From positions 1 to 28,764 of the forward strand of contig JAYUVP010000056.1 of NCBI GenBank assembly GCA_043753995.1: DNA of 28,764 nucleotides, in the 5' to 3' direction. This document shows, piece by piece, positions 19,238 through 28,764 of this stretch. How positions within the stretch are numbered: position 1 is the stretch's first letter; every line of letters begins with the position of its first letter. A program made the translations under genes and the position numbers. The notes under the pieces are model-generated. The model was given only the letters and a program-made list of their open reading frames with translations, was not told where the DNA came from and made no database searches. This DNA comes from Fibrobacterota bacterium. Lineage in GTDB: Bacteria > Fibrobacterota > Fibrobacteria > UBA11236.

Positions 19238-20842
19238 ATGACATTAGTGAACCGCATTTTATCGAAAATGAGCGTGCAGAATAAGGTGAGGTCGCTCTTA
19301 GTCGCGGCCATATTCGGTATGCTGGCCATTTGGTCGACCGGTATTTACGGTGAAAGACTTTTGGGGTCCTATCTCTTTGATATAGGGAAGCGACAAATGC
19401 CTTCCGCACATGCACTGGGATTAATGGACATGATGCATGACGGCATTCGGGCCGTGGTTTTTCGCGCCATGCTTGCGACCGAGCATCCTGAAGTCGCCAC
19501 TGGCCAGGACATCCTGTCGGAGGCCAAAGAATTCTCCAGCTTATTTAACGAACAGACGAGGCTTCTGGACTCCATAGTCGAAGACAAGGAAATCCGGGCG
19601 AGTCTTGTGGCTGTCCAGCCCAAAATTAAGGCCTATGGGGAAATGGCTGAAAATTTGGTGGCCATGGTTTCCAATGGAAAGGCCAAAGAAGCTTTCGCCA
19701 GCCTACCCTCCTTTCAAGCCTTATTCGAAGAATTGGAACAAAGCCTTGGGGATTTGGGAGACCTTATTACCTCCAAGGCTTCAAAAAAGGTGGATCAAAA
19801 TTTGGCAAAATCCCAAAGCCTTTTCTGGATAGCGCTGGTTTCCTTTTTTTTGATCGGCGGATTTGTGACGGGCCTCACCCTTTACTTGATAAGGTTTATT
19901 CTTGATCCCTTAAACCAACTTGTAGCGGTACTGAATCGATTTGGAAAGGGAGATTTGTCCGTCCGAGCGGTGAGTCAGGGGGGCGCTGAATTGGAATCCA
20001 TTGCCGATTCGCTGAATCTCGCACTGGATCATTTGCAAGCGTCTTTTCGCTCGACTCTAGACAGTGCCAATGGCCTTTCTTTGAATGCCGAAAGCTTGAA
20101 TCGTACCAGCCAGGAAATGGCAGAAAACACCGAAGCCATGGCGCAGCAAGCCGGTGTCGTGAGTTCGGCCGCCCAACAGGTCAATCAAAATCTCAATACC
20201 GTGGCCTCGGCGGCCGAGGAAATGCAGGCTTCGATTCGGGAAATCGCCCAACAAACCAATCATGCCGCCCAAATCGCCACCAGCGCCCAGAAGCAAAGCG
20301 AAGGCACCGTGGCCCTTATCACCAATCTCGATCAAAGCAGCCATCAAATCGGAGAAATCGTCAATCTCATCACATCCATAGCCGAACAAACCAACTTGCT
20401 TGCGTTGAACGCGACCATCGAGGCTGCCCGTGCCGGGGAAATGGGCAAGGGCTTTGCAGTGGTGGCCGGCGAAGTGAAGGAGCTGGCGCGCCAAACCTCA
20501 AAGGCCACCGAAGAAATCGCGGCCAAGGTCTTAGCCATACGCCATGACAGCGGGGCGGTGGCGACGAGCATCAAGTCCATTGCGGCCACGATTTCCGATA
20601 TCAGCCAAACCCAAAACGGAGTGGCAACGGCCATCGAACAGCAAACCGCGACGACTGCCGAAATCAGCCGCACCTTGAATGAAGCCGCGCGCGGCGGCGG
20701 AGAAATAGCCGAGAGTATCGGGGTGGTCGCGGAGAAAGCGAACAGCAGCAACCAAAACATCAAGGGTGCGCTTCGGGGTATTGAAGGGATTTCGGTGTTG
20801 GCGACGGAATTGCGATCGCAATTCAAAAAATATCAATTGTAA
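19238..20842 (+). CDS. Methyl-accepting chemotaxis protein (TM, helical periplasmic sensor, TM, HAMP, signalling domain)
   Basis: Two TM segments, a HAMP domain (PL..L......GDLS.R) and the hairpin-tip motif [32 protein letters not shown]. An alternative start at 19268 is possible. Confidence 0.95.
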   Translation: MTLVNRILSKMSVQNKVRSLLVAAIFGMLAIWSTGIYGERLLGSYLFDIGKRQMPSAHALGLMDMMHDGIRAVVFRAMLATEHPEVATGQDILSEAKEFSSLFNEQTRLLDSIVEDKEIRASLVAVQPKIKAYGEMAENLVAMVSNGKAKEAFASLPSFQALFEELEQSLGDLGDLITSKASKKVDQNLAKSQSLFWIALVSFFLIGGFVTGLTLYLIRFILDPLNQLVAVLNRFGKGDLSVRAVSQGGAELESIADSLNLALDHLQASFRSTLDSANGLSLNAESLNRTSQEMAENTEAMAQQAGVVSSAAQQVNQNLNTVASAAEEMQASIREIAQQTNHAAQIATSAQKQSEGTVALITNLDQSSHQIGEIVNLITSIAEQTNLLALNATIEAARAGEMGKGFAVVAGEVKELARQTSKATEEIAAKVLAIRHDSGAVATSIKSIAATISDISQTQNGVATAIEQQTATTAEISRTLNEAARGGGEIAESIGVVAEKANSSNQNIKGALRGIEGISVLATELRSQFKKYQL

Positions 20843-20861
20843 TATAAATAGGAAAATTAAA

Positions 20862-21827
20862 ATGGTTTTTTTTGTTTTCCGCCTTTTTTTGGCTTTTTCC
20901 CTTGCTGGCATTGCATTATCTGCACCGGCCGCCTGGGCCGCTGAGGCTGGGGATACCGCCAAAATCGAAGTAATGGAAGCCATGGAAGTCGGCGGAAGAA
21001 TTACCGTTGACGGGCAGAATAATTTTCATCAATGGGAGAATACGCCCGCCACTTTGGGGCATGTCGAGCTATCGGCCATGGTGCATGTGCATGAAAACAT
21101 GGAAGGCGCCATTACCCTTCTCTCCCAAAACGACCCTGGTTCCATCGCCATCGATCAGGCCGTCGGTCAATGGACATTGGGGGCCGGGCAAATCATTTTC
21201 GGCCAGCAGTATTTCAACCTCGGGTTATTGACGACCCGATTGATACGCGATCCTTTGATCGTCGATGCCGCCACCTTTCAACAAGCCGGGGTGACGGGCC
21301 TATGGACTCGCGAATGGCTCACCTTAGGATTGGGGATATCTTCTTTGGCCACGGGCCCTGACAGCGCCCAGGTGTCCGATCCTTGTTTCATAGTCAATGC
21401 CGATGTCGCTCCAGGGAATCAGGTATTGCGCTTGGCAACCCAAATTTCACGTGAGCGTTTAGCCCTGGATGGGGCCTTCAATCTCAACTTTGGCCCTATT
21501 CTATTGGACGCTGAAGCAATTTGGCGCTTTTCCGATGAACAAGTCGATCCCAATGGCGGATACAATGCTGGCTTGACCTATCCATTGAATGCAATTGTGA
21601 GCATGTCCGTGCGTTGGGACGCAATGGGCGATTTAGGCGAAGCCTTGAGGCGTCAACGAATGGGTGGTGGAATTACCATCACCTTAATCGAGCAGGTTTT
21701 CGGAGCCGTTGAGGTGGATTGGGACAAGGAAATGGGGTTCAAGGGGCAGCCCTTGTTCGCCGTGCAAATGGGTTTACGCAGCGCCATCAAATTGCCGGGA
21801 TTCCAGCGCAAAACCTTGGTGAATTGA
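20862..21827 (+). CDS. Outer-membrane beta-barrel resembling LbtU-family porins
   Basis: Signal peptide (…AAWA). The pattern 'LGHVEL...V....G.ITLL....IDQA' and 'GQQYFN.G...T..I.DPL' resembles LbtU-family porins, from recall. ATG 20862 follows AGGA, 19 bp after the MCP stop. Confidence 0.6.
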   Translation: MVFFVFRLFLAFSLAGIALSAPAAWAAEAGDTAKIEVMEAMEVGGRITVDGQNNFHQWENTPATLGHVELSAMVHVHENMEGAITLLSQNDPGSIAIDQAVGQWTLGAGQIIFGQQYFNLGLLTTRLIRDPLIVDAATFQQAGVTGLWTREWLTLGLGISSLATGPDSAQVSDPCFIVNADVAPGNQVLRLATQISRERLALDGAFNLNFGPILLDAEAIWRFSDEQVDPNGGYNAGLTYPLNAIVSMSVRWDAMGDLGEALRRQRMGGGITITLIEQVFGAVEVDWDKEMGFKGQPLFAVQMGLRSAIKLPGFQRKTLVN

Positions 21828-21849
21828 ACCCTCCGGTTCCGAAATCACC

Positions 21850-24342
21850 ATGCCCCCACGCTCTCTTCGTAAGCTCGCCCTACGTTCGGCTTTACAGGAA
21901 ACCCTTTTATGGGTGGTGGTCACCTGGCTCATCGCGGCGTCGGCATCCTGGTGGTTTTATTCGCGCGCCAATTCGGCGCTGAAAGACCAGGTGCGAGAAA
22001 CCTTACTCCTTGCCGTCCAAGATGCTCGAACCCTCATCCGATCAGACAGCCTACTTCAGCTAACCCACGCGGATCAGGAAAGTACACTAACCTATCGGCG
22101 TCTCGCCGCGCCACTCCGGGCTTGGCATTTGGCGCATCCCGCTTTCCACTTTATTTACACCTGTACCATTCGAAACGATTCGGTATTCTTTTTAGTGGAT
22201 CCCACCCCGTCCGGAGATGCAGACAGTGACGGAGTCGAAGATCACAGTGCCCTCTGGTCTTATTACCCGGATCCGTCTCCTTCCTTATTAAAGGCTTTAA
22301 GGTCGGCTGAAGACGTGGTCGATCCTGAACCTTATTCCGATTCCTGGGGCAGCTTTGTCAGCGGATTTGCTGCCTTGCCCGAGGAGCAGGGAAAAACAGC
22401 GGCCATCGTCGGCATTGATATGAAGGCAACCGATTTCTTGGCTCGCTTGCGGCGCCTGAAAGTGGCCTTGCTGATGAATTTATTGGTCTCCGGTCTCTTG
22501 TCGGTGGCAGCGGGTATCGTGGTTTTTCGCAGCCGCATGAAAATGCACGTGTCCTTGATGTTCTTGCGGAAGGCGAGAGAAGATTTGCATTTGCGAAATC
22601 GCGAATTAGAGGAAAGGCAGGCCGATTTGAAAGTGGCCAAACTGAAGGCGGAAAACTACGCCTCCGCCAAGTCCGATTTTTTGGCCACCATGAGCCATGA
22701 ATTGCGCACTCCTTTGAACGGCATCATGGGAATGGCTCATTTGCTTCATCAAACAAGGCTAGATCCTGAACAGCGTGACTACGCTGACGTTTTAGTTCAA
22801 AGCGGTGAAGGGTTGTTGACCCTCATCAATGACATTCTCGATTTCTCCAAAATCGAGGCCGGAAAATTGGCGCTCGAATGCATTGAATTCGATTTACGCC
22901 TGCTCTGTGACGGCGTCTTGGAAATCGTGCAGCCCAAGGCCACGGAAAAACAACTGCCTCTGGTTCTGAAATGGCAATCGGGGCTCCCGCGCCGCTATCG
23001 CGGCGACCCTGGACGTTTGCGGCAGATTCTGCTCAATCTGCTGGGCAATGCCTTGAAGTTTACGGAATCCGGGCATGTCACCCTTCGCATTGAGGGCGAT
23101 AGAGTGGGCGGTTCAGGCTGTCTCAAGCTCGCCGTTGAAGATACCGGCATTGGCATATCGGATTCACACCGGCAAAACCTATTTCAGGCCTATCATCAAG
23201 CCGACGCCGGGATCACCCGCAAATACGGTGGCACAGGCTTGGGATTGGCGATATGCGCTCGGCTCGCCGAATTGATGTCGGGGCGTATCGATGCGAGTAG
23301 TGTAATTGGGGAGGGCTCGGTTTTTTGGTTGGAAATCCCCCTTCCGCTAGCCTCCCAGGGCGCTCAGGATGTTCGCGCGAATGAAATCAAAAACGTTATA
23401 TTTTTGATATTTTCCGACAATGCCATGGGTCAGACGGTATTGTCGGACGTCGCCGCCGAACTGGGCCTGGCCTATCGCATTGCCGAGTCCTTGGACCAAG
23501 TTCTTTCTCTTGCAAAGGATTTAGTTGAAAGCCCCCAAGCCTGCGTTACTTTGCTGCACAGCAGCATGGATGATTTGCTGCAAGCCAAAATCGTGGAAAG
23601 CTTGCGTAAGGCTTGCGGGAACGAGCGTATGCCCGTACTTTATTTCACTCACACGGGTATTCGTGGGGATTCCCAAAAGGCTCGCGAGGTTGGGTGCGAT
23701 GCCTATCTCACCTTGCCCCTGAAATCGAATATGATTGAGCGTGCCATGCATATTCTCAAGGCGAGAGAATACAGGCATGATGCCCAGGCCCCTCTCATCA
23801 CCCGTTTCAGCCTTTCCGAGGGCAGTTCGATTTTCGAAGCCCCACCCGCTTCCTCGAAAAGCCCGATCGAGCTGAATTGGACGCCGGTATTGTTACCTGA
23901 ATTAAAAGGGATACGGGTTTTAGTGGCCGAAGACAATGCCATCAATCTTCGGATTGTTATGCAAATGCTCAAGCGGTTGGGCATTGAATGTGAGGCGGCT
24001 CGTAATGGCCTGGAGGCTGTGGAAAAGGCCGCAGCCACGAAATTCGACCTCATTTTAATGGATTGCCAAATGCCGGAGATGGACGGTCTTTCTGCAACGC
24101 GCATTTTGCGGTCGAGAAAGGAAATGTCCAAAACAAGCATCATTGCTGTAACGGCAAATACTATTGAAGGTCAAGGCGAGGCTTGCCTCTCTGCCGGAAT
24201 GAATGATTTTTTGGCAAAACCATTTAAGCCATCGGACCTCGAAAATATGCTGATTCGATGGCTGCCGAAAGAAAAGGCGGATCGTTTAAGGGTGGAAGTG
24301 GGGAAATATTCCTTGAGGCCAAGCGATGAAAAAGGTGTCTAA
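21850..24342 (+). CDS. Hybrid sensor histidine kinase (TM, Cache-like sensor, TM, HisKA, HATPase, degenerate REC, REC)
   Basis: [16 protein letters not shown]-box; NLLGNA.KF, DTGIG and GGTGLGL ATPase boxes; terminal REC with AEDN, LMDCQMP and LAKP; sensor motif PYSDSWG.FVSG...VGID. Confidence 0.95.
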   Translation: MPPRSLRKLALRSALQETLLWVVVTWLIAASASWWFYSRANSALKDQVRETLLLAVQDARTLIRSDSLLQLTHADQESTLTYRRLAAPLRAWHLAHPAFHFIYTCTIRNDSVFFLVDPTPSGDADSDGVEDHSALWSYYPDPSPSLLKALRSAEDVVDPEPYSDSWGSFVSGFAALPEEQGKTAAIVGIDMKATDFLARLRRLKVALLMNLLVSGLLSVAAGIVVFRSRMKMHVSLMFLRKAREDLHLRNRELEERQADLKVAKLKAENYASAKSDFLATMSHELRTPLNGIMGMAHLLHQTRLDPEQRDYADVLVQSGEGLLTLINDILDFSKIEAGKLALECIEFDLRLLCDGVLEIVQPKATEKQLPLVLKWQSGLPRRYRGDPGRLRQILLNLLGNALKFTESGHVTLRIEGDRVGGSGCLKLAVEDTGIGISDSHRQNLFQAYHQADAGITRKYGGTGLGLAICARLAELMSGRIDASSVIGEGSVFWLEIPLPLASQGAQDVRANEIKNVIFLIFSDNAMGQTVLSDVAAELGLAYRIAESLDQVLSLAKDLVESPQACVTLLHSSMDDLLQAKIVESLRKACGNERMPVLYFTHTGIRGDSQKAREVGCDAYLTLPLKSNMIERAMHILKAREYRHDAQAPLITRFSLSEGSSIFEAPPASSKSPIELNWTPVLLPELKGIRVLVAEDNAINLRIVMQMLKRLGIECEAARNGLEAVEKAAATKFDLILMDCQMPEMDGLSATRILRSRKEMSKTSIIAVTANTIEGQGEACLSAGMNDFLAKPFKPSDLENMLIRWLPKEKADRLRVEVGKYSLRPSDEKGV

Positions 24343-24389
24343 AGTGACGGTTGATAAAAGGGTGCCTATTTCTAAAGTTATTGAAATTG

Positions 24390-25205
24390 TTACCGCCAAA
24401 TCGATTCAATGAGCAATTTGACCACTTCTATGCAGATGAGGCCGATGATAATCCACTCCAGTAAATTGCTTTGCTTGTGTTGAAGCATTTCGGCGAATAA
24501 TTCCAAATTGCCCTGCACCACGTCGAGTTGGTCTTCCAGGCCGCGAAAACGGGTGACGATGTCGAAATTGCGCTTCATGCCGCGATCGAGTCGATCGAGC
24601 TCTTCGTTTTCCCAAGCTACGTCGGGCGTGTCGAGCACATAGAGGTTGTCGATGATACGATTGCGCATGGATAGCGTCTCACCGATATATTTCACCACTT
24701 CGGGACGCGAGGCCTTAAGGCGACCATAGAGGCGCATCGATTCGAGAAAGGCATTGGGCGCTTTCATGAGGCGATCCGCTACGCCTTCGTAATAGTCCAA
24801 GGCGACGCTTTGCCCTACATAAAGCATGACGATGCGAATGGCGTCCGCATTGGCCTCTCGCAAAGCGACCTCATTGTAGCCAACCTCCGCCGTTTCCGCT
24901 CCTGAGCGCACGCGATAATCTTCGCGGAGGGGCATTTCCAAGGGATTCTCGGCCAAATGCCGCAAGAGCCGATTGGTTTCCGCCTGGTAGGTTTCGCTAT
25001 GGCCGGCATATATCGCCACCCCATAATTCAAAACATAGAGGTAGCCGGGGGTTTGCCCTGGCTCGTCACCCGCGATAGGACCGTAAAAGAGTTCCTGCGA
25101 TCCCGAAGCCAATAATTTACCGGCGAGGGCGCCGCGTACGGCTTTGATGGGCAAGGTTTCGGCCAATTGAAAGGCCGTGATGGTGAGGGAAGGGGATTGG
25201 GTCAT
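24390..25205 (-). CDS. RMD1/DUF155 family protein
   Basis: YGV, QSVALDYYE, LDTPD.AWE, FDI..RF..L and LEWIII.LI.IE motifs. Confidence 0.88.
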   Translation of the reverse strand: MTQSPSLTITAFQLAETLPIKAVRGALAGKLLASGSQELFYGPIAGDEPGQTPGYLYVLNYGVAIYAGHSETYQAETNRLLRHLAENPLEMPLREDYRVRSGAETAEVGYNEVALREANADAIRIVMLYVGQSVALDYYEGVADRLMKAPNAFLESMRLYGRLKASRPEVVKYIGETLSMRNRIIDNLYVLDTPDVAWENEELDRLDRGMKRNFDIVTRFRGLEDQLDVVQGNLELFAEMLQHKQSNLLEWIIIGLICIEVVKLLIESIWR

Positions 25206-25362
25206 GGCTTTTTGAATTTCCAGGTAAACAGTAGGCTTCGATGTCGGAGGGGTAGTGCCTAAGCCTGACCCTTGTAATTTACAGGTGCCCTTTAGAGATA
25301 CCCTTTACATTACCATTTCGGTACCTTTAAGCCAGTCGAAAGTGGAGACGAATATCCAATCC

Positions 25363-26220
25363 ATGACACCTGTCGATCATTTGCAACAGCTTTTGGCGAC
25401 TCGCTTGCCGCCTGCGGATTTCACTTGGCTGCAGGGCAAAGCACAATCTCTTGCCATGGGGATGGGCGATCCCGAGCTTTTTATGGCTTTTAGCCAAGCT
25501 CTGCGTCATAGCGGAAAGGCTCCTCTGGCCGCTACAGCGGAGGAGCAGGCCATGGCCGAGTCCCTGGTGGCGGGTTGGGATTTGCGGGATTGGACCCTAG
25601 ATATCACCGCCCGCGCCTGGCTTATGGCCTCCCTGCCTGACCTTCCCGGTGCTCCGCAACGGTTACTGAGCATTCACCAAACCGCCGATCTCGGCGAGCA
25701 TTTAGCCCTCGTCAAGGCGCTCTTCCTCGCGCCGCGCTGCCGCGAGGCCATGCACATTGCCCGCGAGGGATTGCGCAGTAATATGAAAACGGTTTTCATC
25801 GGCATCACATCCCACAATCCCTATCCGGCGCTTTACTTCGACGAAAACGCATTCAACCAAATGGTGGTGAAATGCCTCTTCGTCGACGTGCCTCTGCGAG
25901 AAATCACCGGCCTGGATGCCCGCGCCAATCCCACCTTGCGACAAATTCTGGTGGATCTAGCCCTGGAGCGATGGGCCGCCGATCGTCCCGTCAGCCCCGA
26001 AATGTGGCGCTGCGTCGGCCCTTTTGCCGATGCCGCCGGACTTGCCGCGATGGAGCGAGCCTTGCGTCATGGCCTACCCTTCGAGGCCCGCGGAGCGGCC
26101 TTGGGGCTGATGTCCGACCCGAGCGGCCAGGGTGCGGCTTTACTCAAAACGCATGCTCCCGATCTCGCCAATGCGGTTGTCACCGGCCGCCTCACCTGGA
26201 ACAATCACCATCATGACTGA
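25363..26220 (+). CDS. eboA: EboA-domain protein
   Basis: 'TAD..E..AL...L', 'EGLRSNM..VF......NPYP..YFDE.AFNQMV.K.LF' and 'ERWAA.R.V....WR' are characteristic of EboA; adjacent to an EboB-type TatD gene. Start chosen at ATG 25363. Confidence 0.85.
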   Translation: MTPVDHLQQLLATRLPPADFTWLQGKAQSLAMGMGDPELFMAFSQALRHSGKAPLAATAEEQAMAESLVAGWDLRDWTLDITARAWLMASLPDLPGAPQRLLSIHQTADLGEHLALVKALFLAPRCREAMHIAREGLRSNMKTVFIGITSHNPYPALYFDENAFNQMVVKCLFVDVPLREITGLDARANPTLRQILVDLALERWAADRPVSPEMWRCVGPFADAAGLAAMERALRHGLPFEARGAALGLMSDPSGQGAALLKTHAPDLANAVVTGRLTWNNHHHD

Positions 26221-27154
26221 ATCGACAGCCCATTACGCACCCGCCACCGGACCCTTGCGCATCATCGATCCGCATATACATATGGTCGCGCGCACCACCG
26301 ACGACTATGGGGCCATGCGAGCCGCGGGCGTGGTGGCCGTGATCGAGCCCGCCTTCTGGGTGGGTCAGCCGCGCACCACGGTCGGCACCTTTGTGGATTA
26401 TTTCGCCTCGCTCATTGGCTGGGAACGCTTTCGCGCCTCACAATTCGGCATACGTCATTATTGCACCATGGGCCTCAATAGCAAGGAAGCCAATAACGAG
26501 GCCTTGGCCGAGCAAGTTATGGAAGTCTTGCCGCGTTTCGCCGGTAAGGAAGGCGTGGTAGCCATCGGTGAAATCGGATATGACGAAATCACCCCCGCCG
26601 AGGACAAATACTTTCGCCTTCAAATTGAATTGGCCAAGTCCCTCGACATGCCTATTCTGGTGCACACTCCGCATCGCAATAAAAAAGTCGGCACCACCCG
26701 CAGCATGGACGTGCTTCGCGAACATGGCATTGATCCAACCAAGGCCATTATCGATCACAATACTGAGGAGACCTGCAAGGAAACTCTCGATCGCGGCTTC
26801 TGGTGCGGCTTCACCATTTATCCCAAGACCAAGATGGGGAGCATGCGGATGGTGAATTTGCTACGGCAATACGGCAGCGAGCGTATCATCATTGACAGCA
26901 GTGCCGACTGGGGCGTAAGCGATCCCATGGCCGTACCGAAAACCGCGCGTCTCATGCTCGAAAACGGCATTCCCTTCGGCGATGTGCATAAGTCCTGCTA
27001 TGCCAATGCCCTAATGGCCTATGGCCAAAGCGGGCAAATCAATGAGCGGGATTGGCTGGTGCCCGAGAGTGTCGACAAGGCCCAACTCTTCGAAGGCAAT
27101 TCCGTGCTACGCGGTGGTGGCTATGACGCCGAGGACGATCGCGCGATTCGGTGA
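26213..27154 (+). CDS. eboB: TatD-family metallohydrolase (EboB type)
   Basis: DPHIHM..RTTDDY, EPAFW.GQPR, WERFRASQFGI.HY, GEIG.D, HTPHR.K, DHN.E and DSSADWG.SDP motifs; overlaps the eboA stop. Confidence 0.88.
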   Translation: MTESTAHYAPATGPLRIIDPHIHMVARTTDDYGAMRAAGVVAVIEPAFWVGQPRTTVGTFVDYFASLIGWERFRASQFGIRHYCTMGLNSKEANNEALAEQVMEVLPRFAGKEGVVAIGEIGYDEITPAEDKYFRLQIELAKSLDMPILVHTPHRNKKVGTTRSMDVLREHGIDPTKAIIDHNTEETCKETLDRGFWCGFTIYPKTKMGSMRMVNLLRQYGSERIIIDSSADWGVSDPMAVPKTARLMLENGIPFGDVHKSCYANALMAYGQSGQINERDWLVPESVDKAQLFEGNSVLRGGGYDAEDDRAIR

Positions 27155-27161
27155 GCGGGTT

Positions 27162-27962
27162 TTAAACCCAGCCCAGCACCCGATAGGCCGCATAGCCTAT
27201 CCATTCATGTATCGCCAAATAGGTGTGCTGCAAAGTGCCTTCTTGCGGCACCAATTGAAATAGCTGAAATCGAAAAACCTCTTGGGTGAAAAAATTGGCG
27301 GGGGCTTCGTGCACGGTGAAGCCCTGCTTGCGAAACAAGGCCGCGGCGCGGCGCAAATGAAAAGCGCTGGTCACCAAAAAAATGTCCTTGGGCCAGCCGC
27401 GGCTCTCGAAAAGTTTGCGCGCCTCGACGGCATCGTCGCGTGTGGTTTGGCTACCCGGGCAAAGATGAATGGCCGCACTGTCTACGCCGAAAAGCTCGGT
27501 GAGCAAGGAGGCATAGTCCTGCGCCTCGGATCCTTTCGCACTGACTATCCAGGAAATGCGCCCACCCGTGGTGACTAAGCGCGGCGCGCGCTTTTCATTC
27601 CACAGCCGTGACGCTTGCAAAATGCGATCGGCAAATTGATTGAGGCTGGGATGGGTGCGCGGCGGCGTGGCGGGCACCACAGCACCGCCCAGAAGGACAA
27701 TGGCCGATGCCGTGTCAGGCAAGGCTTGGTGATAATACGGCTTCTCCAAAGGCGCAAGAAGGAGATGGCAAAAGGGGGAGATGCTGGCGACATAAAGCCA
27801 GGCCCACGACGCCAACCCTATACCCAATCCCAAGCGGCGGCGTCCGCGCGCCAATAGCCAAAGGGCCAAGGCCGAAGTCCATAGCGCAAGCCCCAGAGGG
27901 AAAAACAGGGTAGGCAAAACCTTGCCGATGAGTACCAACATAGGAGGTAAAAGTACCCCCAT
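27162..27962 (-). CDS. YdcF/ElyC-family (DUF218) envelope protein
   Basis: Two N-terminal TMs; AIVLLGG, R...A..L, TGG, SEA, S..T...A, LVTSAFH.RRA and HEWIG motifs. The start may be ATG 27941. Confidence 0.9.
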   Translation of the reverse strand: MGVLLPPMLVLIGKVLPTLFFPLGLALWTSALALWLLARGRRRLGLGIGLASWAWLYVASISPFCHLLLAPLEKPYYHQALPDTASAIVLLGGAVVPATPPRTHPSLNQFADRILQASRLWNEKRAPRLVTTGGRISWIVSAKGSEAQDYASLLTELFGVDSAAIHLCPGSQTTRDDAVEARKLFESRGWPKDIFLVTSAFHLRRAAALFRKQGFTVHEAPANFFTQEVFRFQLFQLVPQEGTLQHTYLAIHEWIGYAAYRVLGWV

Positions 27963-27968
27963 TTCAGG

Positions 27969-28763
27969 TTAAGGGCTCCGGAGCCCTAGCCGCGCCATCA
28001 CCCGTCCCGCGATTTCATCCCCGATGGCCAGCGCAGCAGTAGCGGCGGGGCTGGGCGCATTGATCACATGCAGACTGCCTTCGGTTTCTGCGAAAGCGAA
28101 ATCGTCCACCAAGGAGCCGTCGGACTTGAGCGCCTGGGCGCGTATGCCCGCGGGGCGGGGTTCGAGCATGTCGGCGGACACCTTGGGCACTAAACGCTGC
28201 AAGGCCTTAACAAACGCCGCTTTGGAAAAGGAGCGGTGGAATTCGCCCAATCCCATCCGCCAATGCTTGAAGGCGAGCTTGCGGAAGCCGCCATCGCCGA
28301 AAATCTCCAGGGTATCGCGCAAGTTAAAGCTGGTACGGCCATAGGCCTCTCGCCCCAGGGCCAAGACGGCATTGGGCCCGCATTCGATGCCGCCCATCAC
28401 CATGCGCGTGAAATGCACCCCGAGAAAGGGGAAATCCGGATCGGGCACCGGGTAAATCAAGTGCTTGACCAAGGGGGGAATGCCGGGCTTGAAGGCATAG
28501 TATTCACCGCGAAACGGGGTAATATGCACGTCAGGGGCGAGTCCGTCGAGGCGCGCCAGGCGATCGCTGTATTGCCCGCCGCAATTCACGAAGTAACGTG
28601 CCCGATACCGTGACTTACCGGTGTCGACGAGGCGATCGCTCCCCTCTTGCCGCAACCCCTGCACGCATTCACCCAAGAAGATACGCCCTCCCAGGGCGCG
28701 AATGCGATCGGCTAGGCGTGAGCATACGGCGACATAGTCGATGATGCCGGTTTCGGGCACGCG
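27969..28763 (-). CDS. lhgO: L-2-hydroxyglutarate oxidase (FAD-dependent); 5'-truncated by the window edge
   Basis: TGIIDY, NCGG.YSDR, PFRGEYY, LIYPVPDP.FPFLGVHFT, GPNAV, AGIRAQA, LVDDF and NAPSPAAT motifs; the frame stays open to the window end. Confidence 0.93.
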   Translation of the reverse strand, partial: RVPETGIIDYVAVCSRLADRIRALGGRIFLGECVQGLRQEGSDRLVDTGKSRYRARYFVNCGGQYSDRLARLDGLAPDVHITPFRGEYYAFKPGIPPLVKHLIYPVPDPDFPFLGVHFTRMVMGGIECGPNAVLALGREAYGRTSFNLRDTLEIFGDGGFRKLAFKHWRMGLGEFHRSFSKAAFVKALQRLVPKVSADMLEPRPAGIRAQALKSDGSLVDDFAFAETEGSLHVINAPSPAATAALAIGDEIAGRVMARLGLRSP

Positions 28764-28764
28764 C

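Overview
Gene-dense bacterial chromosomal segment from a diderm organism. A Fibrobacterota-like origin is suggested, weakly, by the C-terminal sorting-type domain of the 740-aa secreted protein. From left to right: the 3' part of a TPR-bearing membrane protein; a secreted tandem Ig-like repeat protein; an orphan cobQ; a ~550-bp non-coding region full of inverted repeats between convergent cobQ and aroC; a RHH/PIN toxin-antitoxin pair; a MazG-like pyrophosphohydrolase; GT9, PAP2 and Omp85 envelope genes; a porin / FMN-binding protein / His-bearing membrane protein operon behind an iron-box-like palindrome; another beta-barrel; a cheA-W-Y-B-R operon whose CheA carries a tandem MshEN-like (c-di-GMP) motif and two CheW domains; a divergent MCP / LbtU-like porin / hybrid kinase unit; an RMD1-family gene; an isolated eboA-eboB pair; a YdcF/DUF218 gene; and the 3' part of lhgO. 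No rRNA, tRNA, CRISPR array, transposase or integrase was recognised. The best candidates for undescribed biology are the putative iron-regulated porin-flavoprotein-membrane redox module, the MshEN-containing CheA system flanked by porins, and the foldback intergenic element. All family calls come from motif recognition by eye, not database searches.
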